Positions 8,797 to 17,301 of a DNA stretch of 64,000 nucleotides are shown piece by piece; position 1 is the stretch's first letter, and each line of letters opens with the position of its first letter. The notes below the pieces were generated by a model. The model was not told the DNA's origin, did no database searches, and saw only the letters and a program-made list of their open reading frames with translations. Both the position numbers and the translations under genes were made by a program. Source of the stretch: Peptococcaceae bacterium (GTDB taxonomy: Bacteria > Bacillota > UBA994); NCBI GenBank assembly GCA_018334055.1, contig JAGXSS010000040.1, positions 13,407-77,406 on the forward strand, given 5' to 3'.

Positions 8797-10455
8797 ATGA
8801 CTGTAGGAAGACGGTGGGCGTACTTAAGTTTCGGAGCTCTGTTGGCACTCTGCTTGTCTGTGGCAGGGGCTTTCCTGTGGTATGCCCCTGAACTAACCGT
8901 TTCCCTAGCGGTATTGCTCCTCGCTGTAGGGGCCACCATCTATTATGGTTGGTGGGTCATGGGCATGGCCATCAAGGAAAGCGGCAAGCACCGTTTGAAA
9001 ATTTCGCGGCTGCAGATTGCGCTACGGCAGGCGCGGCGACTGGTCTCGGCCAGCGAGATAATTATGTCGCAACCCGATGCCTCGGCAGTGGTCGCCACGG
9101 CCGCACAACATGCCATGGAGGTTGTGCGCGGAACGGGAGTAGGCATCTGGTTTGAAAGCGGGGAGCGTTTTGAGCGGGCGGTAGCAACTCTGTGGCCCCA
9201 GAACATTTCATCGCGGAGTATTAGTGCCCGCAGTCATTTGGAGCAAGACTATTTTTATGAGGCGGGGCACAATGTCTTGCTGGTCTCTTTCGCCGTTCAG
9301 GAGGACAGGGGTTTGATTGCCGTTGCGGTTAAAGGCCCGCGGCGCAAGTACAAGGCCACTTTGGCGACCTTGTCCACTCTCGCCAAGGGTCTGCGCATTG
9401 CCCTGCTCAACAATAGAGCTATGGAATCACTGCGAGTGTCAGCAGAGCATATGTCGCTGCTCAATGAGCTGGGGCGACGCTTTTCGTCGAATTTAGGACT
9501 TGAGGACCTATTTAGTTCCATGTATCGCGAAGTGCGTCAAGCCATGGACGCCGAGGCCTTCTTTGTGGCGTTGTATGATGGTGACAAGTTAGAAATCGAC
9601 CTCCGCTATATCTTCGACCAGGGGGCTAGAGTGGCTCCTATGAGGTATATGCTCAATGATGGCCCTACCTCGCGTGCCGTCAAGACGCGCCAGCCCGTGC
9701 TCTACCATGCGGATGCCCGTCTTATTCCGGGGGTAACGATGCTAGGCAATATTGACACCGTTGTTCAGTCAGTATTGGTCGTGCCGGTGGTGTTTGATCA
9801 AAAGGTCATCGGGGCAATCTCCGCCCAGAGCTATAATCCTAATGCCTATTCAGACGACCATGTGCGGCTGCTGTCTATTATTGCCAGCCAAGCAGCCATG
9901 GCCATTGATAACGCGCAGCTTTACGAGCAGACGGTCGCCATGGCCATGACTGACGGCATGACGGGCTTAGCTAACGCTCGCTCGCTCCACGAGGCCCTAG
10001 CGAATATGCTAGAACAGGCCAAGGTCTATGACCGTGAGGTTTCCCTGCTTTTGCTCGATTCAGACTGTCTCAAGCAAATAAACGACCGGTTCGGCCACTT
10101 GGCCGGCGATGACCACATCTGTAGCTTAGCGGAGGCGCTAAGGACTAACGTCCGCCTAGGGGACTTGGTTGCTCGCTATGGAGGCGACGAATTTGTGGTG
10201 GCGCTGCCAAGCACCGGTGTTGACGAAGCCCGTACTATAGCCGCCCGTATTTTGAACACTGTGCGGCAAACAAGGCCGCAGTGGGGAGATGTCATCATAC
10301 CGGTGACGACGAGTGTAGGCGTGGCCACCTTTCCCTACGACGCCAATACTGTTGATGAACTCATCCGCGCCGCAGATGCCGCCATGTATCGTGCTAAGGA
10401 GGCAGGCAAGGATAGAGTTGTCTATATAGGGGACCCCACTACCGGGCCCGTCTAG
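8797..10455 (+). CDS. Membrane-anchored GAF-GGDEF diguanylate cyclase
   Basis: Two N-terminal TMs, GAF domains (VIGAISAQS...AY...LL.IIA.QAA.AI.NA.LY), intact RYGGDEF and RxxD I-site (RLGD); start uncertain (8776-8797). Confidence 0.9.
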   Translation: MTVGRRWAYLSFGALLALCLSVAGAFLWYAPELTVSLAVLLLAVGATIYYGWWVMGMAIKESGKHRLKISRLQIALRQARRLVSASEIIMSQPDASAVVATAAQHAMEVVRGTGVGIWFESGERFERAVATLWPQNISSRSISARSHLEQDYFYEAGHNVLLVSFAVQEDRGLIAVAVKGPRRKYKATLATLSTLAKGLRIALLNNRAMESLRVSAEHMSLLNELGRRFSSNLGLEDLFSSMYREVRQAMDAEAFFVALYDGDKLEIDLRYIFDQGARVAPMRYMLNDGPTSRAVKTRQPVLYHADARLIPGVTMLGNIDTVVQSVLVVPVVFDQKVIGAISAQSYNPNAYSDDHVRLLSIIASQAAMAIDNAQLYEQTVAMAMTDGMTGLANARSLHEALANMLEQAKVYDREVSLLLLDSDCLKQINDRFGHLAGDDHICSLAEALRTNVRLGDLVARYGGDEFVVALPSTGVDEARTIAARILNTVRQTRPQWGDVIIPVTTSVGVATFPYDANTVDELIRAADAAMYRAKEAGKDRVVYIGDPTTGPV

Positions 10456-10906
10456 CTTTGCCGCTGACACTCATAATGTCGATGGCGATGACCGTAGTCC
10501 TAGCCATCCCCGTGTGGGAAACAGGCGCAAATTCCCCCAAGGCGTGTTTTGCGGTGAGGGCGGTAAGAGCGAGGAACTTTTCGCTAGGTTCTTCCACAAA
10601 GCGTGCCACTCCGGTGATTAGGGTGCTACGGTAGAACGCGCCGTATTCACAGGCAGCACTGCCGCCACTGATGCCATCAAGAAAAGAAATGGCGAAGGAA
10701 CAAAGGGGATTCTTCCGCAGGATGTCAATTTTTCGCCCCTGTGGGGCACAATGAAAATAAACACTGTTCTCAAGCAAGACAAAGTTTAGTGGCACTATGT
10801 AGGGGACATTGTCCTCTGCTAGGGCTAGGTAGCCTACTTGGGCCTCCTGTAAATACTCTAGGGCTACTTTCTTTTCGACAGCGCGATCAAGACGTCGCAT
10901 TTCCAT
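10439..10906 (-). CDS. Pyridoxamine 5'-phosphate oxidase-like flavin-binding protein (NimA-like)
   Basis: MRRLDR, PYIVPLNF, YFHCA..GRK..IL..NP, YRSTLITG. Confidence 0.85.
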   Translation of the reverse strand: MEMRRLDRAVEKKVALEYLQEAQVGYLALAEDNVPYIVPLNFVLLENSVYFHCAPQGRKIDILRKNPLCSFAISFLDGISGGSAACEYGAFYRSTLITGVARFVEEPSEKFLALTALTAKHALGEFAPVSHTGMARTTVIAIDIMSVSGKARRAR

Positions 10907-10994
10907 GTGATTCCTCCTCTAGGCAAGCGTTTTTTCACCAAGTACTAGCTACATCTTAACGCAAATGCAGCGTTACGGAAAGGAAGGGATCTTA

Positions 10995-11207
10995 GTGGAG
11001 ATAGTGATCTGCCAACTCACCCTTGAAGCCGTGGATAGTAGCTTGAAGGGTTTTCTGGAGGAGCAGTGCCCAGCTGATACTATCCTGGTAGCTACATGTA
11101 TCGGATGCTGTGGGGAATGTGCCTCTACTTATGTTGTCTTGGTCGATGGTGACCCAGTCGTTGCGCCTAACCGGGAGAAGTTGTTGGAGCGTTTGCGAGC
11201 TTTATGA
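10995..11207 (+). CDS. Small Cys-rich protein, DUF1450/YuzB-like
   Basis: CIGCCGEC...VLVDGDPVVA..E.LL pattern; RBS GGAAGGGA. Confidence 0.65.
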   Translation: MEIVICQLTLEAVDSSLKGFLEEQCPADTILVATCIGCCGECASTYVVLVDGDPVVAPNREKLLERLRAL

Positions 11208-11220
11208 GGAGAGAATTGAG

Positions 11221-12117
11221 GTGGTCGCCGTGTGGGCGGATTTAGAGTGCTACTTGCGCTTTGACCCAAGCCGGCGCGGGTTTGCGGGTCTACTAAGGGC
11301 AGGTAGCCTCGAGCGCGTGGCGCGCCGGTTAGAGCAGACCAAGCGCGTTGCCATTGCTACAGGATTCTTCATCCCAGAAGCCCAGGCGGTAGAAAGTGAC
11401 GGCCCCTTGGGGGCTGTTTTTCTGGCTAGGGCGCTCCTAGGAACTGGGCAGGAAGTAGTCTTACTGTCTCCGGCAGCCGGCAGTCAAGCCTTAGAGTGTT
11501 CGCAGCGATTTTTAGGGCTCACGTGCCCTGTGGTGTTAAAGCCCCCAGGGCAGGTAGAAGAACAACTACTGGATGAACTACGGTGCGATGTCTTCGTCGC
11601 GATAGAGTACCCGGGCCAAGGTTCTGACGGGGAGTGCCGCAATATGCGCGGCCATTCGATATCGGCACATGTCCCGCTGCTGGATAGGGCCTTTAACTAC
11701 GCCAAAATACAGGGGGTCTTTACAGTGGCCATCGGCGACGGTGGCAATGAACTGGGCTGCGGGGCTCTGGCGAAAAGCGTGGCAGTGGCCCCGGATGGGA
11801 AGTCCATAAGAGCGGCGACAGAGGCAGAGGTGGTGCTCGCCGCCGGGGTCAGCAACTGGGGAGCCTATACCCTAGTAGCCGCCTTGTCGCTCTTGGCAGG
11901 CGTAAATTTCGTTCCCACTCCGCAGGAGGAGCGGTTGTTGCTTGAGCAACTCTGTGCTGTTGGGGTGGTAGATGGCTGTAGCGGCAGGTGCGAGCCAACC
12001 GTAGATGGTATTGGTGCTGAGCAGTTGAATGATTTTTTGCAGGGACTGTATAATTATGTGGCCGAGAACCTAGAGACACAGCGCAGTGTTGCGGCCACCT
12101 CGGGATCATCCGCATGA
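11221..12117 (+). CDS. DUF4392 / D-glutamate cyclase-like protein
   Basis: TGF...ESDGPLGA, IE.PG...G..RNMRG, IGDGGNELG, GVSNWG.Y, G..DG motifs. Confidence 0.82.
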   Translation: MVAVWADLECYLRFDPSRRGFAGLLRAGSLERVARRLEQTKRVAIATGFFIPEAQAVESDGPLGAVFLARALLGTGQEVVLLSPAAGSQALECSQRFLGLTCPVVLKPPGQVEEQLLDELRCDVFVAIEYPGQGSDGECRNMRGHSISAHVPLLDRAFNYAKIQGVFTVAIGDGGNELGCGALAKSVAVAPDGKSIRAATEAEVVLAAGVSNWGAYTLVAALSLLAGVNFVPTPQEERLLLEQLCAVGVVDGCSGRCEPTVDGIGAEQLNDFLQGLYNYVAENLETQRSVAATSGSSA

Positions 12118-12164
12118 GCGGCGTGGTCGACCCTCACTAAACCCATAAACACAAGGAGGTCAAA

Positions 12165-13358
12165 ATGCAAATCGCAGATCGCATAACCAGCATGCCGAAG
12201 TACTTGTTCGCGGAAATAGACAGACTGAAGTGGGAGGCCAAGGCGAAGGGTGTCGACCTCATTAACCTTGGCGTGGGCGACCCCGATGTCCCGACGCCGG
12301 ATTTCATCGTGGATGCCTTGGTAGACACCATCAAGCACAAACCGTCAACCCATCAGTATCCCGAATATGATGGTGACCCCGCTTTTCGGGCCAGTGCGGC
12401 GGCGTACTTAAAAAGACGCTTCGCGCTTGATATCCATGCCGATCGGGAACTAGTGGGGCTCATTGGCTCAAAGGAAGGCATCGCCCATTTCGCCCTGGCA
12501 GTAGCGAACCCGGGGGACGTAGTCCTAGTGCCGGACCCAGCTTACCCAGTCTACTTTATGTCTGCGGTTTTAGCGGGCGCAGAGCCATACCGCATGCCGC
12601 TATTGGAAAAAAACAGCTATTTACCGGACTTTTCGGCCATCCCGGCGGATGTTTTACGTCGTGCCCGCCTCATGTACTTGAACTACCCCAATAACCCCAC
12701 CTCTGCTGTGGCTGATATCGCGTTCTTTAGAGAGGCGGTGGCCTTCGCCAAGCAGCACAATATTGTCATTTGCCATGACAATGCCTATGCGGAGATTACG
12801 TTTGACGGCTTTGTCGCCCCGAGTATTTTGCAGGTAGAGGGAGCAAAGGAATGCTGTATCGAGCTTTATTCGCTCTCTAAACCTCTCAATATGACAGGGT
12901 GGCGTGTTGCTTTTGCCTATGGCCATGAACAACTGATCTCTGCCCTCAGGAAGGTGAAGACAGCTACGGACAGTGGCCAGTTCACGGCCATTCAGTTTGC
13001 CGCCATGGAAGGATTAGCCAGCCCAGATGAGACTATTGAGCGCATGCGTGGCATATACACGGCGCGCCGGGATCGTGTCGTGGCCATGCTCAATAATCTT
13101 GGACTGAAGTGTGAGCTGCCCCGGGCTTCCTTGTATGTCTGGCTTGGCATTCCCCCAGGGTTTGCCTCTTCGCAGGACTTTGCCATGGAGCTTCTCGCGA
13201 GCCAAGGGGTAATTGTTTCGCCGGGGGTCGGTTTCGGTCAATATGGTGAAGGGTATTTTCGCATCTCCCTCACCACCCCGGACCCGCGCCTAGACGAAGG
13301 ACTAGAGCGCATCCGTAGGTTCATCACAAGCCACAGGGTAGCGTACGGCGGCGTCTAA
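12165..13358 (+). CDS. dapL: LL-diaminopimelate aminotransferase
   Basis: YLFAEID, LGVGDPD, GSKEGIAH, NYPNNPT, HDNAY, SK..NMTGWR. Confidence 0.8.
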   Translation: MQIADRITSMPKYLFAEIDRLKWEAKAKGVDLINLGVGDPDVPTPDFIVDALVDTIKHKPSTHQYPEYDGDPAFRASAAAYLKRRFALDIHADRELVGLIGSKEGIAHFALAVANPGDVVLVPDPAYPVYFMSAVLAGAEPYRMPLLEKNSYLPDFSAIPADVLRRARLMYLNYPNNPTSAVADIAFFREAVAFAKQHNIVICHDNAYAEITFDGFVAPSILQVEGAKECCIELYSLSKPLNMTGWRVAFAYGHEQLISALRKVKTATDSGQFTAIQFAAMEGLASPDETIERMRGIYTARRDRVVAMLNNLGLKCELPRASLYVWLGIPPGFASSQDFAMELLASQGVIVSPGVGFGQYGEGYFRISLTTPDPRLDEGLERIRRFITSHRVAYGGV

Positions 13359-13482
13359 GAGCAGGCAGTCGCCCTTGTCCTCTATGCGCACCATGCCGAT
13401 CGGCAGGGACTTCCAAACGATGATGGAGCACTCGAAAGTGCTCCTTAATCTTCAGTTCTTTGCCGCGCGAAAAATCAGTCAT
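13324..13482 (-). CDS. Possible small hypothetical protein (52 aa)
   Basis: GGGAGGTG RBS before ATG 13482; MTDFSRGKELKIKEHF...; overlaps dapL 3' end; no recognisable family. Confidence 0.25.
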   Translation of the reverse strand: MTDFSRGKELKIKEHFRVLHHRLEVPADRHGAHRGQGRLPALRRRRTLPCGL

Positions 13483-13535
13483 AGCGCACCTCCCACCAAC
13501 AGTTTGTCCTCTGTCATTTTTCTTAGTAAATGGAC

Positions 13536-13564
13536 GCATAAGGTTGTCTAGGCTGAGAAAAATA
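13536..13564 (+). promoter_or_regulatory. Putative forespore SigF/SigG-type promoter
   Basis: GCATA-N14-GAGAAAAATA; -35 matches GYATA, -10 and spacing imperfect. Confidence 0.35.
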
Positions 13565-13608
13565 GCACTGTAGGCGATAGCCTGACAAACATCAAGGGAG
13601 GAAAGAAA

Positions 13609-14346
13609 ATGACAGATCATCAGCAAGCCAATCTCCCCGATTGGGCGCGGAGTAGCCACGCCATCGGCCCCGCTCAGTATGGAACAGGCTACGGCAATTT
13701 CAACCAAGGTCAAGGCGGCTATAGCCAAGGGCCTAGCTACACCAACTACAACAATCCCCAAGGTAGTGGCGGTGGCTACGGACAGCAGCAGTACAGTGGC
13801 GGCCAGGGTGGCAACTTGCCTAACTGGGCGTATGCGAACCCGCAGGGAACTAACCAGGGCAACACGGGCGGGGGCTATGGGCAACAGCAGGTAGGTGGTG
13901 GCAACTACAACAACCCTCAAGGCAGTGGCGGTGGTTTTGGACAGCAGCAGTACAGCGGCGGCAACTACAACAACCCCCAAGGCAGTGGCGGTGGTTTTGG
14001 ACAGCAGCAGTACAGCGGTGGTCAGGGTGGCAACTTACCTAACTGGGCGTATGCGAACCCGCAGGGAGCGAACCAGGGCAACACGGGCGGTGGCTATGGG
14101 CAGCAGCAGTACAGCGGCGGCAACTACAACAACCCCCAAGGCAGTGGCGGTGGCTATGGGCAGCAGCAGTACAGTGGTGGCCAGGGTGGCAACTTGCCTA
14201 ACTGGGCCTTTGCGAATCCGCAGGGAGGAAGCCAAGGCCATGTAGGGGGAGGCTTTAGCCAGGAGCAGGGAAACCGCAATTCCGGTCAGCATGGCCCTAG
14301 TTACACCGACTACAACACCTATACGCCGGGCACCGGCCCACGCTAA
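13609..14346 (+). CDS. Gly/Gln/Asn/Tyr-rich low-complexity repeat protein (prion-like, 245 aa)
   Basis: Strong RBS AGGGAGG, own terminator; repeats differ mostly at synonymous positions, supporting coding in this frame. Confidence 0.85.
   Translation: MTDHQQANLPDWARSSHAIGPAQYGTGYGNFNQGQGGYSQGPSYTNYNNPQGSGGGYGQQQYSGGQGGNLPNWAYANPQGTNQGNTGGGYGQQQVGGGNYNNPQGSGGGFGQQQYSGGNYNNPQGSGGGFGQQQYSGGQGGNLPNWAYANPQGANQGNTGGGYGQQQYSGGNYNNPQGSGGGYGQQQYSGGQGGNLPNWAFANPQGGSQGHVGGGFSQEQGNRNSGQHGPSYTDYNTYTPGTGPR
13744..14271 (+). repeat. In-frame mosaic tandem repeats A-B-A-A-B-A-B' (A=60 nt, B=99 nt)
   Basis: A=NYNNPQGSGGG(Y/F)GQQQYSGG x4; B=QGGNLPNWA(Y/F)ANPQG... x3. Confidence 0.95.
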
Positions 14347-14359
14347 CAATTGCGAAACC

Positions 14360-14389
14360 AAAAGTAAGCCCTGCGGGGCTTACTTTTTT
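14360..14389 (+). terminator. Intrinsic (bidirectional) terminator
   Basis: AAAAGTAAGCCC-TGCG-GGGCTTACTTTTTT. Confidence 0.9.
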
Positions 14390-14480
14390 GCGCCAAATTG
14401 CCTGTTGGGTCGGCAGGAATTGTTGGTCTTAGAGCGAAATAATTCTTAGCACAAACGAAATATCTAAAGGGGGTTAATAT

Positions 14481-15878
14481 GTGCTTGCCAAACCACTGCT
14501 GGAAGACATTTTGCTAGCCGGACTGAGCACTGGGGGGGATTTTGCCGAAGTATTCGTAGAAGATCGTTTTAGTACCATTCTTTCCATGATTGGGGGCAAG
14601 GTTGATAGTGGTGTTTCGGGGCGTGACTATGGCATAGGCGTGCGCATTCTCAAGGGAACGAACTATGTCTATGCCTATACCAATGATTACAGTAGAGACA
14701 ACCTTATCAAGGTGGCGAAAGAAGCGGCGGCGGCCATCTCGCCGGAGACCATCTCGCGCAACATAACTTTGAGCTTTATGAAAGACGAGCCACTGCACAT
14801 TAACCCCATCAGAATTTATCCGCATGAGATAGTCAAACAAGACAAAGTTTCCTTGATGGCTAGAGCTTATCATGCTGCCAAAGAATATGACCCGGTCATC
14901 TCGCAAGTTATGGTGCGTTACTTTGACGAGGACCAAAAAGTGCAAATCGCTAACTCCCTAGGACTTTATGTGGAGGACGAAAGAGTGCGCACGCGCACTG
15001 CGATTACCGCCATCGCCTCTAAAGGACCCGAAAAACAGTCCGGCACATATGCCCCGGGCGCCCATATGGGCTTTGAATTTTACGACAACATCAAAATTGA
15101 GGATTATGCCCAAGAGGCGGCGCGCATTGCGTCTACGATGATTCATGCCCCGTACGCGCCAAGCGGGCGCATCCCGGTGATCATCGACAACGAGTTTGGT
15201 GGGGTTATTTTCCATGAAGCCTGTGGTCACAGCCTTGAGGCGACGTCGGTAGCGAAAAAAACCTCTGTTTTTGCCGATAAACTAGGGGAGAAAATTGCGA
15301 GTAGCGTAGTGAGTGCGGTGGACGATGGCACCATCCCTAATGCGTGGGGCAGTTTGAATGTAGACGATGAGGGGCATGTATCTCAACGCAACCTTCTCAT
15401 CGAGGCCGGGGTGCTGAAGGGCTACATGGTCGATTTGTACAACGGTCGTCGCATGAATGTACCTGCTACCGGGAATTCCCGTCGCCAGTCCTACAAATTT
15501 GCTCCTACTTCACGCATGACTAACACCTTTATTTTGCCGGGGTCCCACACTCGCGAGGAGATTATAGCGAGTACGGAGTATGGTTTGTTTGCGCGCTACA
15601 TGGGTGGCGGCTCGGTGAATCCAGCCACCGGGGAGTTCAACTTTGCCGTAAACGAAGGATACATGGTCCGTAACGGCAAATTGGCGGAGCCGGTGCGAGG
15701 AGCGACGCTCATCGGGCAGGGTTCGGACGTGCTTCTGAAAATTGACATGGTGGCTGACAATTTAGCTTGTGGGCAGGGCATGTGTGGATCGATCAGCGGC
15801 TCCTTGCCGGCCGATGTAGGGCAACCCACTATTCGCGTCTCGGAGATGATCGTCGGTGGCAGAAAGGGGGACAAGTAA
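14481..15878 (+). CDS. tldD: TldD metalloprotease
   Basis: HEACGH (HExxGH) metal site, DDEG, RRQSY...RMTNT, C-terminal MCG...P..VGQP. Confidence 0.93.
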   Translation: MLAKPLLEDILLAGLSTGGDFAEVFVEDRFSTILSMIGGKVDSGVSGRDYGIGVRILKGTNYVYAYTNDYSRDNLIKVAKEAAAAISPETISRNITLSFMKDEPLHINPIRIYPHEIVKQDKVSLMARAYHAAKEYDPVISQVMVRYFDEDQKVQIANSLGLYVEDERVRTRTAITAIASKGPEKQSGTYAPGAHMGFEFYDNIKIEDYAQEAARIASTMIHAPYAPSGRIPVIIDNEFGGVIFHEACGHSLEATSVAKKTSVFADKLGEKIASSVVSAVDDGTIPNAWGSLNVDDEGHVSQRNLLIEAGVLKGYMVDLYNGRRMNVPATGNSRRQSYKFAPTSRMTNTFILPGSHTREEIIASTEYGLFARYMGGGSVNPATGEFNFAVNEGYMVRNGKLAEPVRGATLIGQGSDVLLKIDMVADNLACGQGMCGSISGSLPADVGQPTIRVSEMIVGGRKGDK

Positions 15879-15879
15879 A

Positions 15880-17226
15880 GTGGAAGTCAAAGTTTTTGCC
15901 GAAAAACTTTTCGCTGCAGGACGAGAAGTGGGGTTTGACGCGATGGAGGCCTATGTGGCCTCACGCAACCTCTTCCGCGTGGGGGTATTTAAGTCTGAAA
16001 TTGACAGCTACACTCTCGCCCAGTCACGCGGTCTGTCATTCCGCGGGCTCATCAATGGACGCATGGGATATTCATTCACCGAAAATCTCTCTGAAGACTC
16101 AGTGGCGCTACTTGTCGATGATGCGCGGGCTAATGCCGCCGTTATCGACAGCGAAGACCCAGAAGAAATCTTCGGGGGGTCCCCGGAAGCCACTTATGCA
16201 GATGTTTGCTCCTTTTCTCCTGCCCTAGAGCAAGTCTTGGCGGCGGAGAAAATAGCTTGGGTCAAGGAAGTTGAGCAACAGGCCTATGGGCTCGACGTTC
16301 GGGTGTCTACGGTGCAAGTGAGCCTAGGGAACAGCTCAGGAGAGACCATGCTTATGAACACCAAGGGGCTCAATCTTGCCCATCAGGGCAACTTCGCCGA
16401 CGGCTATGTGGCCGCGGTGGTCAAGGAGGGTGAAGACACCAAGTCTGCCTATGCCTTCTTTTCATCCCGTGACTTCAGCCGTTTTGACCCGGTCACCTTA
16501 TCAAAGGAGGCTGTAGACGAGGCTATTTCTCTCCTCGGAGCGGAAAGCATAGAATCAGGGCAGTACCCGGTGCTCCTTAGACATGATGTCGCCGGCGAGT
16601 TTCTGGCGACATTCGCCTCGTCCTTTTCGGCCGAGGCGGTACAAAAAGGCCTATCTTTGCTAAAAGATAAGCAGGGCGAGCAAATTATGAGCAGCAATGT
16701 AACCATCATTGACGATCCACACTTGCCGGAGAGGCCCAATTCCGCCCCCTTTGACGCCGAGGGTGTGGCCACCGCTTCTAAGGAAGTGGTTGCGGCAGGC
16801 AGGCTGATGACTCTTTTGCATAATTTGAAAACCGCCAAAAAAGACGGTGTAAACTCCACCGGCAATGCCTACAAGATGGCGTTTAATGCCCCGGTCACTG
16901 TTGCCCCCACTAATCTTTATATTCAACCGGGGAAAAGGGACTACGCAGATTTAGTGGCCCACATCGAGCATGGGCTAATCATCATCGCCGTGCAGGGGAC
17001 CCACTCCGGTGCGAACCCTGTCTCCGGAGATTTCTCACTCTCTGCCTACGGCTACCTAGTGCAGGGCGGCCAGGTGGTGAGGCCGGTCAACCAAGTGACC
17101 ATTGCCGGCAACTTCTTCAAGATGTTGTCCGATGTGCAAGAGGTGGGGAACGACCTGCATTTTAAGATGGGTTCTATCGCCGCACCATCTTTGCTTATCG
17201 GTTCCCTGGCGGTTTCTGGCAAGTAG
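15880..17226 (+). CDS. pmbA: PmbA/TldE, non-catalytic partner
   Basis: FDAEG, STGNA, HSG.NP.SGDFS, IAGNF motifs; lacks HExxGH; directly follows tldD. Confidence 0.92.
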   Translation: MEVKVFAEKLFAAGREVGFDAMEAYVASRNLFRVGVFKSEIDSYTLAQSRGLSFRGLINGRMGYSFTENLSEDSVALLVDDARANAAVIDSEDPEEIFGGSPEATYADVCSFSPALEQVLAAEKIAWVKEVEQQAYGLDVRVSTVQVSLGNSSGETMLMNTKGLNLAHQGNFADGYVAAVVKEGEDTKSAYAFFSSRDFSRFDPVTLSKEAVDEAISLLGAESIESGQYPVLLRHDVAGEFLATFASSFSAEAVQKGLSLLKDKQGEQIMSSNVTIIDDPHLPERPNSAPFDAEGVATASKEVVAAGRLMTLLHNLKTAKKDGVNSTGNAYKMAFNAPVTVAPTNLYIQPGKRDYADLVAHIEHGLIIIAVQGTHSGANPVSGDFSLSAYGYLVQGGQVVRPVNQVTIAGNFFKMLSDVQEVGNDLHFKMGSIAAPSLLIGSLAVSGK

Positions 17227-17244
17227 CTCTTCGCCCACACAAAA

Positions 17245-17278
17245 AAGAGGCTGGCTCAGTCGCATGAGTTAGCCTCTT
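17245..17278. terminator. Hairpin terminator between convergent pmbA and decarboxylase
   Basis: AAGAGGCTGGCTCA...TGAGTTAGCCTCTT with A-run on left side. Confidence 0.6.
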
Positions 17279-17301
17279 AGAGTAAACGGGCGCGAAGTTC
17301 A

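Noticed and set aside
13744-14271. Direct repeats resembling a CRISPR array
   Set aside because: Units are 60/99 nt, in frame, vary at synonymous sites, lack unique spacers, and no cas genes are present
13324-14361. Antisense ORFs 13324..13980 and 14035..14361 (V/A/L-rich)
   Set aside because: Mirror of the repeat gene; only the last 52 codons of the first have an RBS
13609-17226. Microcin B17-like RiPP gene cluster
   Set aside because: No YcaO, dehydrogenase, radical SAM or exporter nearby, and the protein has no Cys; kept only as a possible TldD/E substrate
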